IMG/VR virus record: IMGVR_UViG_3300021399_000100
DNA from: a virus
Lineage: Duplodnaviria; Caudoviricetes
Direction: 5' to 3' (one strand)
DNA: 64,000 nucleotides
The notes under the pieces: generated by a model
What the model saw: only the letters and a program-made list of their open reading frames with translations
Told to the model about the DNA's origin: nothing
The model's database searches: none
In this document: positions 1-9,266 of the stretch, piece after piece
How the letters are laid out: the number at the start of each line of letters is the position of its first letter
Numbering within the stretch: the stretch's first letter is position 1
Translations under genes and position numbers: made by a program

Positions 1-258
1 GAAAATATCGAACTCACTTTCGGCTATATTCTTGAGGATTTCATAGAATAGCAGATCTATCTCGCGAAGCTTGATCTTTGACAGATCTACTCCGTATATA
101 TATGTATCGTCCCATCGGGTTACTAGAATACACTTTGGGCCGCCTTTATAAAGGCACGCCCAAAGGTTATAATAGCTCGTAGCTTTCGATATGTCTACTT
201 TCTCGTGCTCCCTGAAGAACTTGGGGAGACGTGCAGTGTTGTCAAATTGAAAATACAT
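1..258 (-). CDS. Hypothetical protein, 5' part (runs off window start)
   Basis: Hand translation from ATG at 258 gives an open frame MYFQFDNTARLPKFFREHEK...EFDIF to base 1. Not in the ORF track because it is truncated. Confidence 0.6.
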   Translation of the reverse strand, partial: MYFQFDNTARLPKFFREHEKVDISKATSYYNLWACLYKGGPKCILVTRWDDTYIYGVDLSKIKLREIDLLFYEILKNIAESEFDIF

Positions 259-274
259 AAGTCAGTCTTAGTCT

Positions 275-3200
275 CTACTCAGTTACAAATTTAAACTCCC
301 AATCGTCTACAGACGGATCTGTATTATAATTATATACGCCGTATAGCACATTAGAGTTATTACCCCAGATTGCTACTGGCCAGAAATCAGGAACCTCAGC
401 ATCACCATATGAAAAAGTTATATTAGCACTTGTTGAATTAGACATCAGTTTGTGCAAAGTTTCCATAATTCCTTTTGTATTAATATTGGAGTTGTTACAT
501 GCTATGCTTCTTGTAGTCGCCGTCTCATACGATACAGATGGAACATCATCTATAGTTGCACCTGGATTGTTTGCAATATGTTCTTCAACATATTTTTTGA
601 TAACAGATTGGACAAATAATTTCAGATTCATTGACAATGGATTGATGGCCTTCACGTCAAAGAACACTATACTGAACATAGGCAGACCTGTTTCTGTAGC
701 GTCTTTGACGAATTGTTCAGAAAGCTTATTATACGATGTTGCACTTTCATCATATATATTATATGCATTTGCATAATAGAATGTGCCAGATATCTTGAAA
801 ATATGAGTGTCTGAATGATACTCCTGGATATCTGTACTGGCAAAGTCAAGAGGTGTAACGCCTGTTCGGCTCGCAGTATGTAACAGTGGATTGCACATCA
901 GCCAGCAACCTTTGCTCTGATATTTTGGATCGTATTGGGACACGGGATAGTCGTCGGTGCCTAACAGATAGTCGTCTGCAGGATAATTTGCTGCAGTCTT
1001 CCCCTCTTCCGGCTCTATTTTATACAGGAAGCTGAATATTCCCTGTGTCGTATTGGCTAAAGTATCATTATCGCTGCCACAGAAAGCATATGCATGTTCT
1101 TTCAATACGCGAGTCGACACTTCTTGCTGATGTGATAATTTATATCTATATGTCTGACCGTTGAATCTTCTATTTAGATATACAGGACATTTTACAGAAA
1201 TCTGCGGATTAGATGCAGAAGCCGTGCCAAATGTTATAGTATCCGTTTCTATATCATCTATAGATATATCCATGTTATCATCTCTCTTAGCATTTCTGTG
1301 GATCGTGAATATAACGTTGTAAATTTCACGATTGTAGTTAATTACATAAGACGGAATATCATTATATCCTGCAGTAAATGTCCACTTATCTACTTTATCT
1401 CTCGCAGCCCCTTCAAAATAAGGGTGACCCATATTAAAATAATACAGTTCAGAAGACACTATCTCTCCTGTCCAATTATCTAGTAATTTCTTTGCAACTA
1501 TACGGCTCAGATCAGCTTTGATAGTAGATTCACTCGTCTTATCAATAGAATTGTACTCTGCACTAGTAATACTTACCCTTCCTTCAGTTACACGTGCAGC
1601 TTCTGCATTTATGGCAGCATATGTTGAGTCACTGATAACCAATGAGTTTGTAATGTTATCTTCGATACCGTCGGATTGTTGTTTGTATTCAGCAGGTATA
1701 CGTATATATGGGAACGACCCTATAGCGTATTGGGCACTGACGCGATTGTCTCCGCTACAATAAGTATTTATCGCATTTTCTACGAATGGACTATACGCTG
1801 TACAGCTTCCGTTTAGCGAAAGGCCTAGCATGCTGGAGGCATTGTCATTATAAGAAAAAGTCTTTTGTGTTATTCCTTCAGCATTAACAGGCGATATTAA
1901 ATATGAATCCAAATCAAATCCGGTAGCATTGTAATCTGGAAAAGTATTGCTAGACTTGCTAGGCAGCACTGCATATGCAACGAAAGATATACCATCAACA
2001 CTGCTCAGATTAGCGCGTCCTCTAGTTACCATGACATCAATATCAAGCACATTATAGTCCTGTCCCCCTATAGACTCTACATTGTAGGACGAGTTAGATA
2101 ATTCTTCTATTTTATAAGATGCAGTATATTCTCTACCGTTATCAATATCTTTATAGATGAACATAAGCAATCCAGAAGGCTTCTCATATGCTGCGTCATA
2201 TATCAGTGACTTATTATCGGCTGAAACTGTAGTATATTTATAGTATTCTACACCATCTATAGACATGCTGTATGATTTCTCCTCGCTCGGGATGAAATTT
2301 GGAATATATGAAGTATATGCTGGGTTTGCCTTAATGTTGACTCTAATTGCATAAGGGAGTCCTTTAGAATGCATGATATTAGAGATATATCTTTCTTGAT
2401 GCTCACCTGCGTCAGATGGCGTATAACTATCTATAGTGACATTATTGAGGAAGCAGTCATACGATGTACCGACAACACTATGGAATCTACTAGACAGGAG
2501 CTTTGGAAACCTAGTATGGTCCAGACCTGTTATATTAGCATTACATGTCCATATATTATGAGACGGAACACTGTCGAATGTTATATTCATAAATATGGTG
2601 CTTATACCACCGTCGGTAACTGATGATATATTAATGTCCCTGTCTTCACATCCTGATCTGACTTCGCTAGATATATTCATGCCAGCAGGTGTCACAAAAG
2701 CCTTAGCCACATAATACGTGCTGCCATCTTTATATGCACTGACGACTATCTGCTGAACAGCTGCTATGTTTAAAGGGTTTGCATGAACTATTTTCGCTAC
2801 CGGGAATTTATATTGTCCTGCAGGTATATTTGAGAACTGAATCTGGGTTCCATCATCATCAAGAGCCATTTTATCAGTGTGGATGGCATAGCTGACGAGA
2901 TTGTTATCTGTATATTTTCTAACCAGATCATTATTAGTCAATACTTTGCCTAGACCCTCTATGTTATGGTTGACAGATTTCATCGTCTGTCTAAAGATCA
3001 TAGCAAGTACATTCTGGAAATCTGTTTTATACTTGTTTTCGTCACTATATAGATCACTTGTGGTTTCACCTTCATCAGTATTAGCTATATACGAATATGC
3101 AAGGTTAATACCTAGGTGTGAACTTGAAAGCAGTCTTTCATGCTTGAATGCATTATCTGCAATAGTGAACTCAAACCACTGATCCCCATTAGAATTAGAA

Positions 3201-3472
3201 TGAGGGTCTCCTCTGCCAATATCAAAAGGTTTTACTTCTGTTCCCTTATTGCTTATGATAGTGTGCGCATTATGTACATTCTGTTCTATAGGTATTGCTG
3301 GGTTGGCAAATGTATACCATTTTGTCTGGTCGGGTCTGACAGCATAATGTATTTCATCATTATATATAAAGGCCACTCTGTTGCCCGTCCTCAAGATGCT
3401 CTGAACAGCGGCATCATTGATATCTATATTAGTGTCGCATGAGTTAGCTACGAATACTCTTACCTGATCCAT
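275..3472 (-). CDS. Large hypothetical virion (tail/baseplate-type) protein
   Basis: About 1065-aa ORF rich in S/T/N/Y/D. ATG at 3472 preferred over TTG at 3496 because a late-type GTAAATT motif lies about 27 nt upstream. Confidence 0.55.
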   Translation of the reverse strand: MDQVRVFVANSCDTNIDINDAAVQSILRTGNRVAFIYNDEIHYAVRPDQTKWYTFANPAIPIEQNVHNAHTIISNKGTEVKPFDIGRGDPHSNSNGDQWFEFTIADNAFKHERLLSSSHLGINLAYSYIANTDEGETTSDLYSDENKYKTDFQNVLAMIFRQTMKSVNHNIEGLGKVLTNNDLVRKYTDNNLVSYAIHTDKMALDDDGTQIQFSNIPAGQYKFPVAKIVHANPLNIAAVQQIVVSAYKDGSTYYVAKAFVTPAGMNISSEVRSGCEDRDINISSVTDGGISTIFMNITFDSVPSHNIWTCNANITGLDHTRFPKLLSSRFHSVVGTSYDCFLNNVTIDSYTPSDAGEHQERYISNIMHSKGLPYAIRVNIKANPAYTSYIPNFIPSEEKSYSMSIDGVEYYKYTTVSADNKSLIYDAAYEKPSGLLMFIYKDIDNGREYTASYKIEELSNSSYNVESIGGQDYNVLDIDVMVTRGRANLSSVDGISFVAYAVLPSKSSNTFPDYNATGFDLDSYLISPVNAEGITQKTFSYNDNASSMLGLSLNGSCTAYSPFVENAINTYCSGDNRVSAQYAIGSFPYIRIPAEYKQQSDGIEDNITNSLVISDSTYAAINAEAARVTEGRVSITSAEYNSIDKTSESTIKADLSRIVAKKLLDNWTGEIVSSELYYFNMGHPYFEGAARDKVDKWTFTAGYNDIPSYVINYNREIYNVIFTIHRNAKRDDNMDISIDDIETDTITFGTASASNPQISVKCPVYLNRRFNGQTYRYKLSHQQEVSTRVLKEHAYAFCGSDNDTLANTTQGIFSFLYKIEPEEGKTAANYPADDYLLGTDDYPVSQYDPKYQSKGCWLMCNPLLHTASRTGVTPLDFASTDIQEYHSDTHIFKISGTFYYANAYNIYDESATSYNKLSEQFVKDATETGLPMFSIVFFDVKAINPLSMNLKLFVQSVIKKYVEEHIANNPGATIDDVPSVSYETATTRSIACNNSNINTKGIMETLHKLMSNSTSANITFSYGDAEVPDFWPVAIWGNNSNVLYGVYNYNTDPSVDDWEFKFVTE

Positions 3473-3532
3473 TTTAATTGTATATTGTTTAGACAAATAA
3501 TTTACACGAAGCGAGAACTTTATCGTTTCAGC

Positions 3533-3630
3533 GTGATTATAATATTAGAAATCCACTTTTATTATTTTTTTCTGTGTTCCAAAACAAATGGAATAGAAAG
3601 GGCGCTCGGGAGAGTACCCTTTCTATATTT
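3533..3630 (+). ncRNA. Candidate small RNA (promoter-to-terminator unit C)
   Basis: GTGATTATA at 3533-3541, about 50 nt of U-rich sequence, then hairpin ATAGAAAGGGCGCTC-GGGA-GAGTACCCTTTCTAT (3593-3626). No credible ORF. Confidence 0.35.
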
Positions 3631-4192
3631 ATATTTTATACCATATGCCTTCGTATTGCATCAAAGTAACCGCACTGCCAGGCTCTATGAGGATGTGTCT
3701 TTGATTGCTCAAATTTATAGTAACATTGTTACTCATAGAATTTAACACAATATAAATCAACCCGTTAGCCCATCTACCTGGATCACTCAGATCATTATTG
3801 ACTTGAGATATATCATTATTGCTTGATATTTTATGAATAGCTTCTATAGGCATGCACATGCCATCTCTGTTCAATATGAAGCTTTTCCATTTAAAAACAT
3901 CTCTTGACATCTCAAACATTCGGCTAGGCTCCCCAGTTGTACCATAAGGTTCATATTCGTCTATGCTCTGAATATGATCAGTCTTTATATCAGCTGATTC
4001 TATCGAAGTGATATTCTCAAAGCTCAAACGTATATTATCTACACCATAGTCGTCATTGATCTTACAGAAATTCGCATATATATTATGCCATTTCTGAATA
4101 GATAAGAAATTGCTATTGATGATATCAATAGATTTCAATTGATACATATCCTCCGTAATAGGAAAGGTATCTATATTTATTGTATTAAGCAT
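3629..4192 (-). CDS. Hypothetical protein
   Basis: 187-aa ORF co-oriented with its neighbours and followed by a hairpin. Confidence 0.7.
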   Translation of the reverse strand: MLNTINIDTFPITEDMYQLKSIDIINSNFLSIQKWHNIYANFCKINDDYGVDNIRLSFENITSIESADIKTDHIQSIDEYEPYGTTGEPSRMFEMSRDVFKWKSFILNRDGMCMPIEAIHKISSNNDISQVNNDLSDPGRWANGLIYIVLNSMSNNVTINLSNQRHILIEPGSAVTLMQYEGIWYKI

Positions 4193-4213
4193 ATGCGTTA
4201 TATGATTATTATA

Positions 4214-7200
4214 TTATTTCCTTCGGATAATCCATGTGTCACCACCCTGACCATTGATAGTTAGATCAACAGTGACTTTTTGCTTAGGTGCAACAACTGG
4301 AGTTACAGGTGGTTCTGCTGCACGGGTCTCTTTCTGTACATTTTTGTTGTTGCTTCCTGTACTTTGGACGTTATACACTGGGGATGCTACTTGATTATTA
4401 TTGGCATGTCCTGTGTCTATTCTATCGACCGCGCCGACAAGTGCATCTGTGCTGTCTTTGATAGCTTTGACTACTTCTTTAATAGCGCTGCTTCTTTTAG
4501 ATGCGGCTTTGGCCATAGCCTCATATACATTAGATAAAGCATCAGCTTTTTTAACATCCAAATCATTTATAGCTTCTACAGTTCTAGTGATACCGTCTGC
4601 GGTATCTTTGACATTCTCTCCTGTAATAGCAGTATCGCTACTGAGGACACTTGCCAATTTTGTAACAGCGTCTGCACCTGTTGTAACTGCCGCTGCTTTA
4701 GAGGTATCAAATTTCGTGACGTAGTCCATTATAGACTCGAATGACGTTATTTCGTCAGAACTAGGAAGATTCTTCCATCCAGCATTGCAGAAGTCTTTAA
4801 GCGGCTTGACTATATCTTCTAGGCCATCTCCTGCATCTTCTAGAATATCATCTATGTCCTCTACATTAAGTGCGTTGATCAATCCTGTAAACACACCGCC
4901 GACAGCCTGAGTATCTACAGTAAGAGCGTTACCATTTTTATCTTTACCTAGCGATGATATCATTTCCGCACATGATGATATGAACGATGCTAGAGGCATG
5001 ATATGTTGAAGGTTAACTAATCTCGTAGGAACAGTGATCTTATCCCCTCCTATACCTAAGAATCCTCCAGATGATATTTCTGTCATTCCACCTTCTTCAA
5101 ATACAGATATACCAGCATTGACACCTTCCATCAAAGCAACCATTACAGCACTGATACCTGTACCGACGTCTTTGAGATTGAATGGTCTCTTGACCATTTG
5201 TTTCTTCTCTTCATCGTATACAGAAATCTCTCCCTGCATAGTTGCTATCTTAGAGAACTCTGATACGCCAGAAGCTAACGCCCCTATAAATGATGCAAGA
5301 GGCATGAGATGACGGATAGCAGCTATCTGTTTAGGTACTTTAGTTTTAGTTGCTCCTAATCCCAAGAAGCCTCCAGTAGACACGTCTACCATATTGTCTT
5401 CTGTAAAGTCAAAGGCTTTCATAGCGTCACCTATACCCTTAACGACGGATTTGACTACTTCACCTATACCTTCCCCGACTTTAGTGAGATTGAATGGCAT
5501 CTTCTTACCTGTGCTGTCAGCTATCTCACCCTTCATCATGGCAATCTTGGAGAACTCAGATACGCCTACAGCTAGCTTCTGTACAAAGTCACATACCGGC
5601 ATGATAGCTTTGATACTATCACTCAGTTTACCTATATCATCAATATCAGATGTAGCGTCTATCATAGAGGAAACTACACCCTTGACTGTCTTAGAGAAAG
5701 GTGAACTTCCGTCCTCATCTAATTCAAATGCTCCGCTGTTTTGTGACTGTGCCCATGCATCACTTGCACTACTGATAGCCTTAGCTGCAGCGAATACAGT
5801 ACCTGATACGAGAGCTACAGCGGCGGCACCTGGAGCAATAAATGGTAAGGCAAAGCCTGCAGCAGCTATAGCAGCACCCATAGTGCCTACAGCAGCAACA
5901 AGAGCAAGTAATCCATTCACAGTAGACTCAGGATCACTTATAAGACCTTTGCATTCTGTAACTGCTTTATTAAACAGATAAGAAGCACCATATACAGTAC
6001 CTGCTACTAATAATACCGCAACAGCTCCCTTAACAACGCTACCGAGAGCCTTTCCTGTAACTTCTAACAGTTTGGTACCTCCATAAGATACAGCTGCGAT
6101 AACTCCCAATACTCCCAAAGTGTCCCATGTCAACAGATCTTTACCTACTTTAACTGTCTGTGCCAATAGATACGACGTTGCTAAAAATCCAGCAGACATG
6201 ATAACAAGTCCTAGAGTACCCTTTACGTAATCTTTAGTATTTTTAGCAGCTGCTCTGAATACTTTGCCAGATACTTTGACAAACAACCCCGTTGCGAGCA
6301 TACCTAATGAACCTAATAAGAATACTGGTGTGAGTATTATAGCAGACAACGCTGTCAATCCTAACGCGAGGATCCCTAATGTCATGGATAATATGCCTTT
6401 AGTGAATCCTTTGAACTCTTTGCTGCCGACTAGACTATTTATAGGCTTCACAACTAGAGCACCTACTGCTAGCGTGAATAATCCGAGCACAAGAACACAT
6501 GGTATAGCTAATAGTGCGACAGGCGCTGCTATTATAGCCGCACCAGCTGCTAATGTCATGTATAAGATACCCTTAGCCATAGAGCCTATAGCAGAGTAGT
6601 CTTTCTTTTTCTTGTTACCGAACAATTTCTCTACTAAGAAGTTGATACCTGCGACAGCTACTACAAATATAGACATAGGTACTAGTGCAGCGGTTCCTAA
6701 TATAAAGAAAGGTGACGCTACTGTAACGATAATAGCTGATATAGCTAAATCTCGTATACCTCTAGCCATAGCTGATACAGCTTTACCCGTTTCCTCCATC
6801 CTTTTAGAACTGAATAGCTTATCGGCTAAAGAGAACACTAGAGCGGATCCTGTCATAAATAAGCTAATAGGTACTAGCATAGGAAGAGCGAGGGTGGAAG
6901 CCAATCCCCCTATAATAGCGTGTCCTGCTGCATCTTTTATATCGTCAATAGACGAGTTGAGAGCATCTATACCTTTTTTAGACGCTTCTAGATCTTTCTC
7001 TTTGGAGGCTATGGATGCTAATAATTCTACTGCACTTGTTGTGAAGGCTTGTATAGCGGGAAAGGATGCTTTTGCAATATACGCAGAGAACAATGTCTTT
7101 ACACCTACGCTTTCAATACCTTCAGAAAGAGACTGCATGCTGGACGATATATTCTTGGAAGAGTTCACAATATCATCAGATACTCCTCCTATTTCATCAA

Positions 7201-7471
7201 GAGACTCAGAAACGCCTTTAATGCTCTTAGCCAGCATAGAGGCTCCTTGCTCTATCTTATCAGTCTCGCCAGCCAATGCGCCAGCAATCAGTCCTAATGC
7301 GGTATCTGCTCCATTAATGCTTTTGCCATCAGAAACTGTCTTGCATAATTTGTCAATCGAATCACATAATGACCCGACAGTATCAGATGTCTCTCTTTCA
7401 TGAGAATCCAATAACGCATTTATTGAATCTGCTATATTAGATATAGCACCATATAAATCATCGGTAAGCAT
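4214..7471 (-). CDS. Tape-measure-like / membrane-inserting virion protein
   Basis: 1085 aa, Ala/Gly/Ser-rich and helical, with many long hydrophobic segments and internal repeats (GVSEFSKIA..x2, GGFLGxG x2). Confidence 0.55.
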   Translation of the reverse strand: MLTDDLYGAISNIADSINALLDSHERETSDTVGSLCDSIDKLCKTVSDGKSINGADTALGLIAGALAGETDKIEQGASMLAKSIKGVSESLDEIGGVSDDIVNSSKNISSSMQSLSEGIESVGVKTLFSAYIAKASFPAIQAFTTSAVELLASIASKEKDLEASKKGIDALNSSIDDIKDAAGHAIIGGLASTLALPMLVPISLFMTGSALVFSLADKLFSSKRMEETGKAVSAMARGIRDLAISAIIVTVASPFFILGTAALVPMSIFVVAVAGINFLVEKLFGNKKKKDYSAIGSMAKGILYMTLAAGAAIIAAPVALLAIPCVLVLGLFTLAVGALVVKPINSLVGSKEFKGFTKGILSMTLGILALGLTALSAIILTPVFLLGSLGMLATGLFVKVSGKVFRAAAKNTKDYVKGTLGLVIMSAGFLATSYLLAQTVKVGKDLLTWDTLGVLGVIAAVSYGGTKLLEVTGKALGSVVKGAVAVLLVAGTVYGASYLFNKAVTECKGLISDPESTVNGLLALVAAVGTMGAAIAAAGFALPFIAPGAAAVALVSGTVFAAAKAISSASDAWAQSQNSGAFELDEDGSSPFSKTVKGVVSSMIDATSDIDDIGKLSDSIKAIMPVCDFVQKLAVGVSEFSKIAMMKGEIADSTGKKMPFNLTKVGEGIGEVVKSVVKGIGDAMKAFDFTEDNMVDVSTGGFLGLGATKTKVPKQIAAIRHLMPLASFIGALASGVSEFSKIATMQGEISVYDEEKKQMVKRPFNLKDVGTGISAVMVALMEGVNAGISVFEEGGMTEISSGGFLGIGGDKITVPTRLVNLQHIMPLASFISSCAEMISSLGKDKNGNALTVDTQAVGGVFTGLINALNVEDIDDILEDAGDGLEDIVKPLKDFCNAGWKNLPSSDEITSFESIMDYVTKFDTSKAAAVTTGADAVTKLASVLSSDTAITGENVKDTADGITRTVEAINDLDVKKADALSNVYEAMAKAASKRSSAIKEVVKAIKDSTDALVGAVDRIDTGHANNNQVASPVYNVQSTGSNNKNVQKETRAAEPPVTPVVAPKQKVTVDLTINGQGGDTWIIRRK

Positions 7472-7480
7472 GCCTGACTA

Positions 7481-8320
7481 TTATTCATATATGATATTTA
7501 TTATTTTATCACTGTCAATATCTGGGTCTATTTTTACTACTCCAGTTCTATTAGACATGTTGAAAGGTTCATATACCTGATACCATTCTTGCATGTATGG
7601 GCTATCCTGACGTATATATTTAGATAGCTCTTTCATAAAGTCTAATACAGTGATGCCGTCAACATCTTCGTGTGCAACTGTATGTCTGAGTCTGTCTAGC
7701 ATCCTGTTAGCTTTTCTAAATATAGAATTGAGCTCTTGAGGACATTCGTTTTTTGCTAGCTGATTATATTTCAACGTACATACTTTCTCATTGATAATTC
7801 TAGACAGTATATATTTATATTCAGTCTTTTCTGCTTCGTGGCCATCCGACCAATCAGACAGTCTGTCAGAATATGCAGTTATGCTATATTCATACGCATC
7901 TACACTGCTTCGCATTTTAGCTACACACCCGTTTATTCTGACGATATGATTCACCACTACGAAAGGCAATGGCTGCACGACTGATCTCTCAGCTGCTGTT
8001 CCCTGTTCACCTAGCCATAAATTAAAAAATCCCCTTTCTCTCTGGAATGGATTACACCTGGCTTCTACTGCTTTATCTACATCTGGTGTGATAGCATATC
8101 CTTTATCTTCTATGCAACGTTTCACTATACTCTTATATTGTCTATTATAACCTGATAGCAAATCATCTATGTATCCTTCTACGTTGTCCCATTTTATTAC
8201 ATTAAATTTCGTACCCTTATCTGTTCTCATCTCAACGCTGAACGACTCGAATGTTATTCCTAGCATCAAAGAATAATAATTCAAGAGTTCATATATGAAT
8301 ATAAGGCCATAAACGTCCAT
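7481..8320 (-). CDS. Hypothetical protein (late class)
   Basis: 279-aa ORF with GTAAATA at 8345-8351 upstream. Alternative start at 8266. Confidence 0.65.
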   Translation of the reverse strand: MDVYGLIFIYELLNYYSLMLGITFESFSVEMRTDKGTKFNVIKWDNVEGYIDDLLSGYNRQYKSIVKRCIEDKGYAITPDVDKAVEARCNPFQRERGFFNLWLGEQGTAAERSVVQPLPFVVVNHIVRINGCVAKMRSSVDAYEYSITAYSDRLSDWSDGHEAEKTEYKYILSRIINEKVCTLKYNQLAKNECPQELNSIFRKANRMLDRLRHTVAHEDVDGITVLDFMKELSKYIRQDSPYMQEWYQVYEPFNMSNRTGVVKIDPDIDSDKIINIIYE

Positions 8321-8372
8321 AGATAATAGTTCGTGAATATACGTTATTTACTGGAGGGCACGAATATAAACA

Positions 8373-8402
8373 AGAAAAGAGATGCGGTGACATCTCTTTT
8401 CT
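8373..8402. terminator. Intrinsic terminator
   Basis: AGAAAAGAGATG-cggtga-CATCTCTTTTCT inverted repeat downstream of ORF 8443-9081. Confidence 0.7.
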
Positions 8403-8442
8403 AATGGTACATTACATTATATTATGTTATATTATACACAAG

Positions 8443-9081
8443 TTACTTAATAGGTACAACGAATATAGTAGAGTCGTTCGTAACATAAGGATTCTGTTCT
8501 ATCGTTGTGATTGACATAGTCTTTACTTTCTTCTGAAACAGTCTTCCTAGCCATGTCTTTCTAGGCTTGTTGATAGGCTCTTTCTTTTCTAATGCTACTA
8601 AAGTCAGGTCGCTTTCAAAATGTGCAGATAATGCTATCAGGTTAGAATCTACACGATCCACGCAAATATTATACCATCTAACATCACCTATGCACGTATC
8701 TTTATAGCCATCTAAAGCACCTATGCTATCGTTACTATCTTTGCTGGGATAGATATATAATGGTATTCTGATGGTGTCTTTTATATCTGCATGAGATTTG
8801 CGTCCATATAATGATTGGAGTTGTTTATCTTTGACGCGAAGTTCTTTTCTTATAGAATCCATCTCGTGAATCTGCTTGTTTTTGATTCTGTCGAGGTCAT
8901 CTATATGAAGTCTCAATGCGTACACTTTGTTCGACTCAGTATTATACATTTCAACTGAGGCTATTCTATTCTGTTCAGCCATCTTAACCTCTTCACGTAA
9001 TTCAGAAACATATGATACCATAAAGGATATCAATGCTATCAGTGCGGCTATGCCTGCAATTTTTAATACTATATTTCTCAT
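8443..9081 (-). CDS. Putative spanin-like (Rz-like) membrane-anchored coiled-coil protein
   Basis: N-terminal TM helix (IAGIAALIALISFMVSYV), coiled coil (DSIRKELRVKDKQLQSL) and a basic C-terminal WLGRLFQKK segment, resembling Bacteroidota phage lysis-associated proteins. Confidence 0.5.
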   Translation of the reverse strand: MRNIVLKIAGIAALIALISFMVSYVSELREEVKMAEQNRIASVEMYNTESNKVYALRLHIDDLDRIKNKQIHEMDSIRKELRVKDKQLQSLYGRKSHADIKDTIRIPLYIYPSKDSNDSIGALDGYKDTCIGDVRWYNICVDRVDSNLIALSAHFESDLTLVALEKKEPINKPRKTWLGRLFQKKVKTMSITTIEQNPYVTNDSTIFVVPIK

Positions 9082-9266
9082 ATTCTTTTGACTTTACCGA
9101 ATATCAATTTTACTTTTTTGTTATATTTACTATCGCTATCGCTTTCATTTTCACTTTCGTTTTCATTTTCATCAGAATGCTCTGATGTGGCAATTTTGTT
9201 CTTAGTAATAGCTCTGCGTCCAAATTGCCATAATTTATACACAGAGCATTTCAAGCACTTTCCCAT
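9078..9266 (-). CDS. Small hypothetical protein with acidic tract
   Basis: 62-aa ORF translationally coupled to both neighbours; contains ENENESENESDSDS. Confidence 0.45.
   Translation of the reverse strand: MGKCLKCSVYKLWQFGRRAITKNKIATSEHSDENENESENESDSDSKYNKKVKLIFGKVKRI

Noticed and set aside
1-258. T4 gp2 DNA end protector call for the truncated ORF
   Set aside because: Only a faint resemblance (P..ILV...YGVDL); insufficient to call.
4280-7403. Long antisense ORFs (for example 5394-5981 and 6612-7403; also 44137-44895)
   Set aside because: Shadow frames of real genes caused by codon bias, with no independent motifs or promoters.
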